From the human T2T-CHM13v2.0 reference genome, Homo sapiens: a stretch of DNA of 64,000 bases. The notes under the pieces are model-generated. The model saw only the letters and a list, made by a program, of their open reading frames with translations, was not told where the DNA came from and did not search any database. Within the stretch, counting starts at the first letter, position 1. Each line of letters opens with the position of its first letter. The stretch lies in NCBI RefSeq assembly GCF_009914755.1, contig NC_060941.1; one strand, given 5' to 3'. The position numbers were made by a program, and so were the translations under genes. Positions 34,440 to 55,079 of the stretch are shown here, piece after piece.

Positions 34440-35331
34440 GATTAACAAAAACAAATAGTAAGCCTCATGGTCTTGGAAATAGGATTCACTTAGATAACCT
34501 GAAAACTCTCCCACTAATAGGCACCTAGAAATTATGGATAAAATACAATAGCTGGCCTCTGAAAAGCAGAGCTAAGAGCTCAAGTGAGTAAGGAAATTCC
34601 CAGGGACCAAAAATTGAGAGAGGAGTAAATATCAAAGGAATAAGCTTTTGAGTTAATGCTGTAGTTGTATGGGGTGGGGGTAGGAGGTAGAGGGGAGTGA
34701 AGAGGTTATAAGGAAGCTTTTCTGCTCTATCCTAGTCTCTGAGTGGGAAAAAATCTCCCCCAAGGGCTGGAACTGTGGGGCTTCACCTCATGTCAGGTGA
34801 GAAAGTTTGATTGTACTCCTGCAGTCCAGGAACTCCCAAACTGGTCATGTAACCTAATGACTATCTTCAAGACAGTGACACCCCTAGGATTCCTGACAGT
34901 AACAAACACAAAACTACTCTGGAGGGCATGCTCTCAATGAAGGCTGCGTATGATTCCCACAGAGAGAGGGCTGCCATAGATGAGCTCATAGTCCAAAATT
35001 ACAAGTTATGTATGTGAGCAAGAATCAGACAGAGTAAGCAATAGATTTGATCAACCTTGCCAAATGTTCAACCATTAGAACAAACATAGAAACTTCAAAA
35101 TAAGTAAGCCTTAAATAATTAACAACATAAAGGAAGGGGCTCAAAACAAGAAAAAGAAAGATGTCATTACAAAGAACAAGCATATTTGGAAAATGCCCAA
35201 CTTGAACTGTAGAACTGTATTTTTCTGTAGAAAAATACAGAAAGCCACTGAAATGTAAAAACCAATAGATGAATTAAATAGCAGATTAAATGCAACTGAA
35301 GAGATAACTGGTGAGCTGGAAGATAGCTCTG
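34440..35331 (+). mobile_element. Ancient L1ME-like 5' region/ORF1 start (appears to resume at ~42690)
   Basis: atagatgaattaaatagcagattaaatgcaactgaagagataactggtgagctggaagatag resembles the old L1 ORF1 coiled-coil region. Confidence 0.65.
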
Positions 35332-35575
35332 TTGATAATGCATTTTATTGCTTCTTACGCAACAGAATGTTTTTTAAATTTAATTTTCTTCATTTCTTTT
35401 ATTTTTAAAAATTAATATTTTTAATTGAAAAATCATAGTTGTATATATTTGTGGGGTACAATGTGATGTTTTGATATATGTATACAATGTGGAATGATTA
35501 AATCAAGATAATTAACATACCCATCATATCACCTCACTTGTTTTTGGTGGTAAGAAATTTGAAATTTACTCTTAG

Positions 35576-35935
<360 letters not shown>

Positions 35936-36161
35936 TAATTGACTTTAGTCATCCTGCTATGCAATAGACCTCCAAACTTATTCCTCCTACCTGAGGAATT
36001 CCAGCTCACCAGTTATTGCTTCAGTTGCATTTAATCTGCTATTTAACTCGGACTGTACAATTTGACCAATAACTTCCCCTTTCCTGCCCCCACTCCCAGC
36101 CTCTGATAACCATCATTCTACTCTCTACTTCTATGAGTTCAGCTTTTTAAAATTTCACAAA

Positions 36162-36823
<662 letters not shown>

Positions 36824-38275
36824 TATAAGTGAAATTATTTGGTATTTGTCTGTGTCGGCCTTATTTCACTTAGCATAAGGTCCTCCAGGTTCATCCACAT
36901 TGTCACAAATGACAGGCTTTCCTTTTTCAAGGCTGAATAGTATTCCATCATGTATATGTACCACATTTTCTTTATCCATTCATTTGTTGATGGACACTTA
37001 GGTTCATTCCATATCTTGGCTATTGTGAATAATGCTACAATAAACATGAGAGTGTAGATGTCTCTCCAATATACTGATTTCATTTCCTTTGAATATATAC
37101 TCAGTAGTAGGACTGCTGGATAATATGGTAGTTCTATTTTTAGTTTTTTGAGGAACATCCTTTCTGTTTTCTGTAGTAGCTGTACTAATTTACATGCCCC
37201 CCTACAGTGTACAAGGGTTCCCTTTTCTCTACATTCTCACCAACACTTGTAATCTTTTATCTTTCTGATAATAGTCACCCTAACAGGTGGGAAGTGATAG
37301 CTCATTGTGGCTTTAATTTGTATTTCTCTAATGATCAGTGACGGTGAGCATTTTTTCATGAACCTATTGGCCATTGGCATGTCTTCTTTTGAGAAATGGC
37401 TGTTCAGGTCTTTTGTCCATTTTAAAATCAGGTTATTTATCTTATTGCTATTGAGTTGAGTTCCTTATATATTTTTGATATTAACCGCTTATCAGATGTA
37501 TGGTTTGCAAACATTTTCTCCCACTTTGTGGGTTGTCTCTTCATTTTGTTAATTGTTTTCTTTGCTGTGCAGAAGCTTTTGGGTTTGATGCAATCCCATT
37601 CATCTACTTTTGCTTTTGGTGCCTGTGCTTTTGGGATCATATCCAAAATATCATCACCCAGACCAATGCCATGGAGGTTTTTCCTTATGTTTTCTTCTAG
37701 TAGCTTTATAGTTTTAGGTCTTTTAATAATCTTTAATCCATTTTGTGTTGATTTTTGTATATGATGTGAGATAAGGATCCAATTTCATTCTTCTGCATGT
37801 GCGTAATTGATTATTTCCAGTTTTCCAAATGCCATTTATTGAAGAGACCGTTATTTCCCCATTGTGTATTCTTTTGTGCCTTTGTCATAAATCAATTGAC
37901 CATAAATGCCTGGGTTTATTCCTAGGCTTTCTATCCTGTTTCACTGCTGGGTCTGTTTTTATGCCAGTACCATGTTCTTTGGATTACAGTTGATTTATAA
38001 TGTACTTTGAAATTAGTAGTGTGATGCTTCCAGTTTTGTTCTTTTTGCCCAAGATTGTTTTGGCTATTCAGGGTCTCCTGTGGTTCCATATGAATTTATG
38101 AATCTTTTTTTTCTATTTTTGTGAAAAACTGACATTCAAATTTTGGTAGAGAGTGCACTGAATCTGTAAATCACTTTGGGTAGCATAGACAGTCTAATAA
38201 TATTAATTCTTCCAACCCACCAATGCAGGATATTTTTCCATTTATTTGTGTTTTCTTCAATTTATTTCATCAGTG

Positions 38276-38597
<322 letters not shown>

Positions 38598-38940
38598 ATC
38601 AATGTTTTATGTAAGTTTTCAGTCTTTAGGTCTTTCACCTCCTTTGATAAAGTTACACATAATTATTTTATTTTGTGTGTTTTCCTACTGTAAACGGGAT
38701 TGTTTTCTTAATTTTCTTTCCAGATAGTTTGCTATTAGTGTGTAAAAATGCTGCTGATTTTTATATGTTGATTTTGTCTGCTGCAACTTTACTGAATTTA
38801 TTTATCAGCTCTAACAGGCTTTTTGGCAGAGTTTTTAAGGTTTTCTATATATAAGATTGTGTCACCATAAAACAGAGAAAATTTCACTTGTTCCTTTCCT
38901 ATTAGGATGCCTTTTATTTCTTTCTCTTGCCTGATTGCCT

Positions 38941-39680
38941 ACAATAGAACATTTTAAGAATAGTATTACGTTGTTATAAGTTGCAGTGTTATTTTGAGAC
39001 CAATCATTCAAAGGATAAAGAAAGAGAGATTGATTATTTTAAACATAGATATAACAAGCTTTTAAACATTAACTTCAAAACATATCTGTATCTCACATTT
39101 GAACAGACTAGCTTTTGCCATCATACATCTCAAACCTTACGTCTCCTTTAACAACCATATGCATCTAATGCTGAACATCATAGGCCTGTTATCCTAGTAC
39201 AACATCTGATCTCTGTACCTTATGTCACAATCTCAGGTGAACTGACAGGGTTAGTGGGGAGTAGTATTATTCCTGGAAGCCATTCCCAAACCAGGTGGCT
39301 AGCAATGCCTTACCTACACACGGAAATAACTGAGATCAATATAAATATATAGCACTGGGCTAGATAGTCCATTGTCCACTTGGTACCACCATCACTTCTT
39401 TTAAGTCAGATAATTACTTTTACTACTATGACTCCAAGGTAGAGTTAGCCAATAAGAAAACTTGAACAAGATTGGAAGGTGGGTAGAAGTAAGGTAAAAT
39501 AATAGCCATTTTTTTCAGGTTGTGACAGTCAGACATGGATTTGCAATTTTTCCGCAAGCTCCCACTCAGAGGTTGTACAGAAACTGCATTTCATAGCCTT
39601 TCCACAAACTTACTTCACAGTCATAATGGCAAGATATGGTAGTTTCTTAGACTGTCTCATAATCAGTGGCTTCTCCCAGC
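38941..39680 (-). pseudogene. Possible ancient processed-pseudogene 3' end of an unidentified gene (last ~55 codons plus 3'UTR; its poly(A)-signal end lies at 35332-35373, beyond the L1MA)
   Basis: Not recognisable as a repeat; minus-strand frame has five TGA codons, all readable as decayed CGA; AATAAA on the minus strand at 35344-35349. No poly(A) tail or TSD seen. Confidence 0.4.
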
Positions 39681-39689
39681 CCCACCCCC

Positions 39690-39783
39690 AGGCTGGAGGT
39701 ATGGATGTATGGATATTACCTGGATTCCTAGACAGAGGCTAATGGTTTAGCTGGAAGGACAGGGACTTTGAAAGAATAAGATT
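39690..39783 (+). mobile_element. ERVL internal (RNase H) fragment
   Basis: ggctaatggtttagctggaaggacagggactttgaaagaa resembles ERVL pol AVANGLAGWSGTWKE. Confidence 0.5.
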
Positions 39784-40079
39784 ACCAGGCATGGTGGCTT
39801 ACGCCTGCAATGCCAGCACTTTAGGAGGCCGAGGCGGGCACATCACATGAGGCCAGGAGTTTGAGACCAGCCTGGCCAAGATGGCAAAACCCCATCTCTA
39901 TTAAAAATACAAAAATGGGCCAAGTGTGGTGGTGCATGTCTGTAATTCCAGCTACTCCTGGGGCTGAGGCACAAGAATTGCTTGAACCTGGGAGGTGGGG
40001 TTGTAGTGAGCTGAGATCGCACCACTGCACTCCAGCCTGGGCAACAGAGAATCCATCTCAATAAATAAATAAATAAAAT
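39784..40079 (+). mobile_element. Alu (S/Jb)
   Basis: Dimer; (TAAA)n tail. Confidence 0.9.
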
Positions 40080-42480
<2,401 letters not shown>

Positions 42481-42797
42481 CACAAAGGGTTGAAGCAAGC
42501 GTTGGAGACTGAGGGCCCAAAAAACTTCCATTTACATAATAAAACTGGTGTGTTTTAACAGTAACTATGCCAGCTCTAAAGGGTATTGGCAGGCCAGACA
42601 ATTTGAGGAGAAAAAGGATATATTAATCTAATCATATGTTTATTAACTTATTTTCTTAATATACAATTTTAAATCAGAGGTTTTTATTTGTAGACTTATT
42701 AAAAAGAGAACATGGCTTAAAATATCCAGAATTGATGAATCATCAGATACAGAAAGCACAATTAATCCTTAGAAAGGGAAGTTAAAATGAAATTCCA

Positions 42798-43245
<448 letters not shown>

Positions 43246-43266
43246 TGGAGAAATAGCAGTCACAGA

Positions 43267-44111
<845 letters not shown>

Positions 44112-44125
44112 AGAAACAGCAGTCA

Positions 44126-44444
<319 letters not shown>

Positions 44445-44963
44445 TCACCTAGAATTCTATCCCCAGATAGATGTTATATGAAAGAAAATGACTTTTGCTC
44501 AAACGAAGAAAGAGTGTTTTTTACCATTACGTACCAATGTGCAAAGAACTAAAGGATATACTTCAGGGAGAAGAAAATTGAATATAGAAAAAGGAACAAG
44601 AAGCAATAAACAACGATGAGTGAACAGACTGGTAGAGTTAAAGATAAATCTGAATAAGCCATGCCATCATAAAACAATATGAATTTTTATAATAAATAAT
44701 TTAAGGATATTGAAATAAGATACATTAAAAAACTGAAAAACAATATGTAAGCTAGGAAGAAAATGATCATACTTCAAGTATCAAATAGTTCCTACATTAT
44801 CTGGGAAAAATATAAAGATGTTGAATAATTGCTACCCTGTCAAGTAAAGAATACGTATATATATATATATATGTTAAAGATTTAAGAATAACACTAAAAG
44901 GATAGAAATAGTATTCACAGGTTTCAAATTAGTAGAGGTGAAAAAAAGAAACAAAAACAACTA

Positions 44964-45356
<393 letters not shown>

Positions 45357-45657
45357 TCATGCATATTAACCAAAATGAGATAATCAATACAACATATCAG
45401 GAATCAGAGTACATTTTCAAATGTTAAAGGATTTACTCGGGAGATAGAGATTCTCTGATTAGATTAAAAAAATAAAAGTTGCATATATGCTGTTTATAAA
45501 AGACACACAACTAAAACACAAGGACTCAAAAAAGCTGAAACTTTTATTTAATGATAAAAGATAAACTAGGCAAATATTAATCAAAAGAAAGCTGTTGTAA
45601 CAAATCTCTGGCAAAATATATTTTAAGTCCAAAGCATTATTAGAAATAAAGAGTCAC

Positions 45658-45964
45658 GGCTGGGTGTGGCGACTCACACCCTGTAATCCCAGCACTTTGG
45701 GAGGCCAAGGCAGGTGGATCACTTGAGGTCAGGAGTTCAAGACCATCCTGGCCAATATGGTGAAACCCTGTCTCTACTAAAAATACAAAAACATTAGCCA
45801 GGTCTAGTGGTTCATGCCTGTAGTCCCAGCTACTCAGGAGGCTGAGGCAGGAGAATCGCTTGAACTCAGGAGGCAGAGGTTGCAGTGAATCGAGATCACG
45901 CCATTGCACTCCAGCCTGGGCTATCTCAAAAAAAAAAAAAAAAATTAAAAAAATTTTAAAAAAA
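45658..45964 (+). mobile_element. AluS
   Basis: TSD aataaagagtcac. Confidence 0.92.
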
Positions 45965-46973
45965 GGAATAAAGAGTCACTATATAATAATTAAAGGAGTT
46001 AATCAAAAAGGTTGAACATCTCGGAACTTATATGCTTCCAGTTAACACAACCTCAAAATATGTTAAGCAAAAATTAAATATAAAAAGCAAAAACTGATAG
46101 AATTACAAGATGAAATTTAAAATCTACAAGCATAGTGGGAGAGGTTAACATCTCTTAGAAACTGGAATTTGAAATTGAATTAGAAATAGAAATATCCAAG
46201 AGACAAAAAACCAAGTTAGGCTGTAGATTAAACACAGTAAGTTTAATCTAATGAACATATGGAGAACTCCACAACCAACAGCTACAGAATATACATTTTT
46301 AAGCTTCATGAACATTTTGAAAATTGATTTTGTACTACAATACAAAGCAAATCAAGAACCAATATTATGTAGACTACATTCTCTCATCACAATTCAATTA
46401 AATTCAAAATCAATAACAGCACAATTTAAAAAATTTAATGTGTTTGGGAAATGTAAAAACACACTTCTGAACAACAAATGGATCAAAGAAAAAATCATAA
46501 TGAAGATTAGAAAATATTTACAACTGAATGATATAATTCTTTGTGTCAAAATTTGTGGAATGTAGCTAAAAGCAGTAATTAGAGGAAAAGCCATACAAGC
46601 GTATATTAAAAGAAATTGGAAAATTAATTGAATAAATATCAGATTCAAGATTTTCTATAAACTATGTCAGAGTAAATCCAAAGAAAATAGAAGGAAATAA
46701 TAAAGAAAGGAACAGCTATTAATAAAATAGAAAACAAAGAAACAGTAGAAGGGGTAATCAAGTCTAGTTATTTGAAAATACCAGTAGACAGAAATTTGAT
46801 CTGATTGATCAAAATAAGAAAAGGTACAAATAAATAATATTAGCAATTAAATATCTACAGATATAATAGATACTTTAAAAATAATAAGTAAATACTATGA
46901 ACAAGATTATGCCAATAAACTGGGTGAAATGAAAATTTTCACAGAACAAAAACACCTGCCAAAACTGACTAAG

Positions 46974-47237
46974 GGCCGGGTGTGGTGGCTCATACCTGTA
47001 ATCCCAGCACTTTGGGAGGCTGAGGCAGGAGGATTGCTTGAATCCAGGAGTTTGAAACCAACCTGGGCAACAGAGTGAGACCTCGTCTCTACAAATATAT
47101 AAATTTTTTGAAATAAGCAGGGCATGGTAGTGCATGCCTGTAGTCCCAGCTACTTAGGAGGCTGAGGCAGGAGGACCACCACACTGCAGCCTGGGCAACA
47201 GAGCAAGACCCTGTCTCAAGGAAAAACAAAAAAAAAC
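46974..47237 (+). mobile_element. AluJ with right-arm deletion
   Basis: TSD aaaactgactaag. Confidence 0.9.
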
Positions 47238-47574
47238 TGACTAAGAAATAGAGGATCTGAATAAACAAATAATCATTGAAGGAATTAAATTCCTGTTTTC
47301 GAAATTTATCCCCACATACACAAACACACAATATGTGGTCCAGGTGATTTTACAAGTTAGCTCTACTAAACATTCAAAAAAGAGATAACCAACTTCATGC
47401 AAACGATTCCAAAGAACAGGAAAAGAAGGAAAACCTTCAAACTATTTTATGAGGTAAATATAACCTTGATATCAAAAAGAAACAAGAAAAATATAAGAAA
47501 GGAAAATTACAGCACAATCTCACTTTTGAACAATTTGAGATGCAATAATCTTAAATAAAATGTTTCCAAACCAA

Positions 47575-47676
47575 GCGCTCACTACACATGTACTAAAATT
47601 AGAATGACACAGAGTAGATTAGCATGGTCCCTGTGCAGGGATGATACACACATTCATGAAGGATTCCATATTTTTT
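47575..47676 (+). pseudogene. RNU6: U6 snRNA retropseudogene, 5' part of a U6/L1 chimera
   Basis: gcgctc..cacatgtactaaaattagaatgacacagagtagattagcatggtccctgtgcagggatgatacacacattcatgaaggattccatatttttt aligns end to end with U6; no PSE/TATA promoter upstream (flank is L1). Confidence 0.93.
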
Positions 47677-48702
47677 CATCTCGCCCCAGTTAAAATGGCT
47701 TCTACGCAAAAGTCAAGCAATAACAAATGCTGGTGAGAATGTGGAGAAAAGGGGAACCCTCGAACACTGTTGGTGGGAATGTAAATTAGTACAACCACTA
47801 CGGAAAACAGTTTGGAGATTCCTCAAAAAACTAAAAACAGAGCTACCATATGATCCAGCAATCCCACTGCTGGGTGTATTCCCAAAAGAAAGGAAAATAG
47901 TTCATTGAAGAGATATCTGCACTCCTATGTTTGTTGCAGCACTATTCACAATAGCTAGGATTCAGAGTGTCAATTAACAGATGAATGTACAAAGAAAATG
48001 TGGTACATATACACAATGGAGTACTATTCAGTCATAAAAAAGACTGAGATCCAGTCATTTGCAACAACATGGATGGAACTGGAGGTCATTATGTTAAGTG
48101 AAATAAGCCAGGCATGGAAAGACAAACATCGCGTGTTCTCATTTATTTGTGGGATCTAAAAATCAAAACAACTGAACTCATGAATGTAAAGGATGGTTAC
48201 CAGAGGCTAAATGGTAGTCGGGGGCTGATGGGGAGGTGGTGATGGTTAATGCATACAAAAAAATAGAAAGAATGAATAAGGGCTGGGCATGGTGGCTCAT
48301 ACCTGTAATCCTCATCTCTACTAAAAATACAAAAATTAGCTGGGCGTGGTGCCAGGTGCCTGTAGTCCCAGCTACTTGCAGGCTGAGGCAGGAGAATTGC
48401 TTGAACCCGGGAGGTGGAGGCTGCAGTGAGCCGAGATCATGCACTGCACTCCAGCCTGGGCGACAGAGCCACTATTTTGATAGCACAACAGGGTGACTAT
48501 AGTCAATAATAACTTAATTGTACATTTTAATTAAAGAGTGTAATTGAATTGCTTGTAACTCAAAGGAGGAATGCTTGAGGGGATGGATACCCCATTCTCC
48601 ATGACATGCTTATTTTACATTGCATGCCTGTCTCAAAACATCTCATGTACCCCATAAATATATACCTACTCTGTACCCGCAACAATTAAAAATTAAAAAA
48701 AA
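47677..48702 (+). mobile_element. L1MA2/3-like 3' end fused to U6; contains a deleted, tailless Alu (48281-48470)
   Basis: catctcgccccagttaaaatggct...gagctaccatatgatccagcaatcccactgctggg...tgtacccgcaacaattaaaaattaaaaaa. Confidence 0.9.
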
Positions 48703-48913
48703 TTTCTTTTAAGTTCACAAACCAGTACAGCATTATGTACTATAATAACAACAACCAACATAAACCAGCAAAGTTTATTTCAGGAATAAAAGGATGGCTT
48801 AACATTAGAAAATCTGTTAATATAATTAACAGCAATAGATCAAAAAGGGAAATTATATATAGAAAAATTATTTGAAAAAACTAAGGGCTGGGTGTATATC
48901 CATTTGTGATCTA

Positions 48914-49633
48914 TGCTATGGTTTGACTATCTCTGCCAAAACTCATGTTGGAACCTTAATTCTCAGTGTATCAATATTGGGAGGTGGTACCTTTAAGAGG
49001 TTTATTAGGTTATTACTATAGATTAGTATCTTTCTCTAGAGACTCAATTAGTTCTTGGGAATGGATTCATTTCCCCAAGCAGGCTTTGTTTTTGTTTTTG
49101 TTTCTGAGACAGGTCTCGTTGTGTCACCCAGGCTGGAGTACAATCATAGCTCACTGCAGCCTCAAATTTCCGGGCTCAAGTGATCTTCCTGTCTTAGCCT
49201 GTAGAGTAACTGGGACTACAGATGCACACCACCACACCTGACTAGTTTTTTTTTTAATTTTGTGTAGAGATGAGGTTTTGCCATGTTACCTAGGCTGGTC
49301 TCAAACTCCTGAACTCAAGCAATCCACCTGCCTCAGCTTCCCAAAGTGCTCCCAAAGGGATTACAGGTGTAAGCCACTACGCCCGGCCTAGCAGGTAGTT
49401 ATAAAGCAAGGTTGCCTCTCATGTTTGGTCTCTCAGCACATACCCACTTCCTCTTCCGCTTTCCCACCATGCTATGACACAGCACAGGGCCCTCACCAGA
49501 AGCCACCCAGATACTGGTGCCATGCCTCTTAGACTTCCCAGCTTCCGGAACCATGAGTCAAGTAAACCTCTTTTCTTTACAAATTACCCATTCTCAGGGA
49601 TTCTATTATAACAACACGAAATGGACTAAGACT
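48914..49633 (+). mobile_element. MST-type (MSTC/D-like) MaLR solo LTR interrupted by AluJ (49085-49388, minus)
   Basis: tgctatggtttga..aaaactcatgttg start; taaacctcttttctttacaaattaccca..aatggactaagac end. Confidence 0.85.
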
Positions 49634-49905
49634 ATATATATAAATATATATTTTTTTAATTCTTAGCAAACTAAGACTTGAAAAAAACTTTATAACTTTA
49701 AAAGGGTGTATCTATAAAAACTTAAAGCAAACATCATACTTCATGGGCAAAATTCTCCTCAAAGCATTCTCTTCAAAGTTAGGATCAAGAGCTGCCTATT
49801 CTTACCTCCTCTATTGACCATTATTCTGGAGGTCATAGCCAGTGTGTAAAGACCAGAAAGAAAATCAAAGCTGAAAAGTCTTGAAAGGAAAAAATGAAAC
49901 TGTCA

Positions 49906-50424
<519 letters not shown>

Positions 50425-51211
50425 GTGAGAAAAGGGCTGGATAAACTATTCGTGTGCAAAAATCAACTGTGCTCCTATAATAAGTACGAATGATTTTAAA
50501 ATGTAATTTTTTAAAAATTTCATTTACTATAGCCAAAAACCTGTAAGATACCTAAAAATGAATTCAACAAAAGTTATGCAAAATATTTCCAGAGAAAAAA
50601 ATTTATAACTTTATTAAGACTTTTAAAAAACTAAAAAAAAAAAAGAGAGAAATTATGTTCATGAATGGGAAGTCCCAGGTTCATAAAGATGGCAAACCTC
50701 TCTCCAAACAGTGGATCAATATAATGCAAATGCAAACAAAATTTCAACTCTGTGTGTGTGTGCACACAATCTGACAAACTGCTCTTACAATTTATATGGA
50801 GGAGCTCAGGCCCTAAATAGACAAGTCAATTTTGGAGAACAAAGTGGGATGACTTACCCTATGAGATAGCAGAACATTTTATAAATTATAGTAATTAGCA
50901 CAGTGTGGTATTGGCATAGGAATAGAAAAATAAACCAATGGCACAGAACTGAGCCCAGAAACAGGTCTTAGTCTTTGAGGAAACCTCGTCTATGGCAGAG
51001 ATGGTATTACAATTGAGGCTGGGAAGGGGTGATAGTCTAGTCAATAATAATGTTGGAAATATTGGTTCCTCAAATGAGGAATAGAGGGAAAAAATAGATT
51101 CTTACATCACACAATAGACAGAAAGCAATTTCAGGTGAATTAAAGACCCAAATGTAAAATGCAAAGTTTAAAACTTCTAGAAGAAATCATAGAAAAAATA
51201 TCAGAGAAAGA

Positions 51212-51808
<597 letters not shown>

Positions 51809-52359
51809 AGAAAAAGATTTTTTAAGTAATCATAAAGCAGAAAGGAAAAGATTGTTAAATCTGATGACAATGTCCTTAACAGAGTGAAAAGATGAAGCAT
51901 GTTGTTTCTTATAAAGTTAAATATGCACCATCCCTATGATCCAGCAGTTCCACTTTGAGGTATTTACCCAAGAGAAATGAAAACACATGTCCACAGAAAG
52001 ACAGGTACAAGGATGTTTATAGCCATGTTCCTCACAGTGGCCAAAACCTGAAACAATCTACATGTCCAGCAACAGAAGAATGGATAAACATATTGTGGTA
52101 TATTTATACAATGGAAATCTTCTTAACAATAAAAATGAAATCTACATAACAACATAGATGAATCTTAAAAACATTATGCTGAGCACAAGAAGCCAGACAG
52201 ACTTACTGTATTCTTTCTATTACATTAAGTTCTAAATCAGGCAAAATTACTACATATTAATAGTAAAAGAAGTCAAACCAGTAGTTGTCAGGGAAAGGGC
52301 ACGAAAGGCCTTGCTAGGATGGTGGAAATGTTCTATAACATGACAGAGGAGTGGGTTCA

Positions 52360-52715
<356 letters not shown>

Positions 52716-52768
52716 GCCATCAAACTGTAGCAATTAAGATTTGTGTAATTAACTGTATTTGAAAAATC

Positions 52769-53068
52769 AGCCGGGCATGGTGGCTCACGCCTGTAATCCC
52801 AGCACTTTGGGAGGCCGAGGTGGGCAGATCACAAGGTCAGGAGATCGAGACCATCCTGGCTAACACGATGAAACCCCGTCTCTACTAAAAATAGAAAAAA
52901 TTAGCCGGGTGTGATGGCGGGCACCTGTAGTCCCAGTTACTCAGGAGGCTGAGGCAGGAGAATGGCGTGAACCCGGGAGGCAGAGCTTGTAGTGAGCCGA
53001 GATCGCGACACTGCACTCCAGCCTGGGCGACAGAGCAAGACTCTGTCTCAAAAAAAAAAAAAAAAAAA
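52769..53068 (+). mobile_element. AluY
   Basis: gagatcgagaccatcctggctaacac and gaatggcgtgaaccc. Confidence 0.93.
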
Positions 53069-53608
53069 TCTCTCAAATCCACTTCCCCAACCCACTGCAA
53101 AAAGACAAACTATAGTCTGGGAAAAGGCATTCGCCTGATAAGAGATTCATGTGCAAAATCCACAAAGAACTGCCACAAATCAATTCTGAGGAAAAAAATA
53201 TCAAATAGAATAGTCACAAGAATACAAACAGGCAATTTACAGAAGAGAAAACATTTGGAAAGATGCTCAACCTCACCACTAATCAGGAAAATAACACAAT
53301 AGCACTTCATACCCATTGGATTCACAAAGTTGTTGAAATCTAAGGATACTAAACACTGGTGAGACTGTGGAGAAACTGGAATTCAGACAGTGTACTCTGC
53401 TTGTGGGAATGTGGACAGGCAGTGCCTAGGAAAAGTGAAGAGGTCCCTCGCTTGTGATCCAGCCATTCCTGGCAGGTGTGTCTTTAGCTGGGGAGCATTT
53501 GTATCTCTCATATGTGCACAAGGGGAACCCTCACTGCACCACTGTTTGTAACCAAAAAAAAAAAAAAAAAATGGAGGATGGGCAGAAATACAAAAAAGAA
53601 AACACAGA

Positions 53609-54085
<477 letters not shown>

Positions 54086-54670
54086 GGGTCTAGGGGAAAG
54101 GCAAACTAAATGTCTATCATGTCTATCAACAGGGGAATGGATACAGTATGGTATGTCCACGTAACAGAATAAAAATCATCAGGGAAATGAATTACAGGGT
54201 ACACACAATGTCATAACAAAATGTGTTAAAAAACAGGTTACAGTAGACTACAAATTGTATGTTTCCATTTATATAAAGTTTGAAAACACAGCAAAACTAA
54301 ACAATCTATTGTTTAGGGATACAAATATATTTGGTATAAGTATAAAGAAAGCATGAAAATCACACACACAATTTGGGATAATGGTTACTGAGGAAAGGGG
54401 AGGGGCTGAGGAGGGCCTCAGAGGGGACTTTCAAACGAATGGTTATATTCTTTTTCCTAAATGGAGTGGTGGGTACGCAGGTATTTGCTGTTGTCGTTAA
54501 TCCTTAGACACTGCACACATTTTATAAATATATCTAAACATTTATACACGTAATGACAGCAAGTTCTATAGATGTGTATTGAAACTTAGAAGCTTTCAAT
54601 CATCTTTATATCTTCAAAAAAACATCTGAAGCAAATATGGCAAGTGGTAAGATTGGACAAAGTTGGGTCA

Positions 54671-55023
<353 letters not shown>

Positions 55024-55079
55024 TAGAATTTTTAATAGTAAATGTTCTTTAAAAAGAAAAACAATATCCCTATTTGAAG

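Noticed and set aside
47575-47676. Functional U6 snRNA gene
   Set aside because: Many substitutions, a deletion in the 5' stem, no upstream PSE/TATA, and fused to L1.
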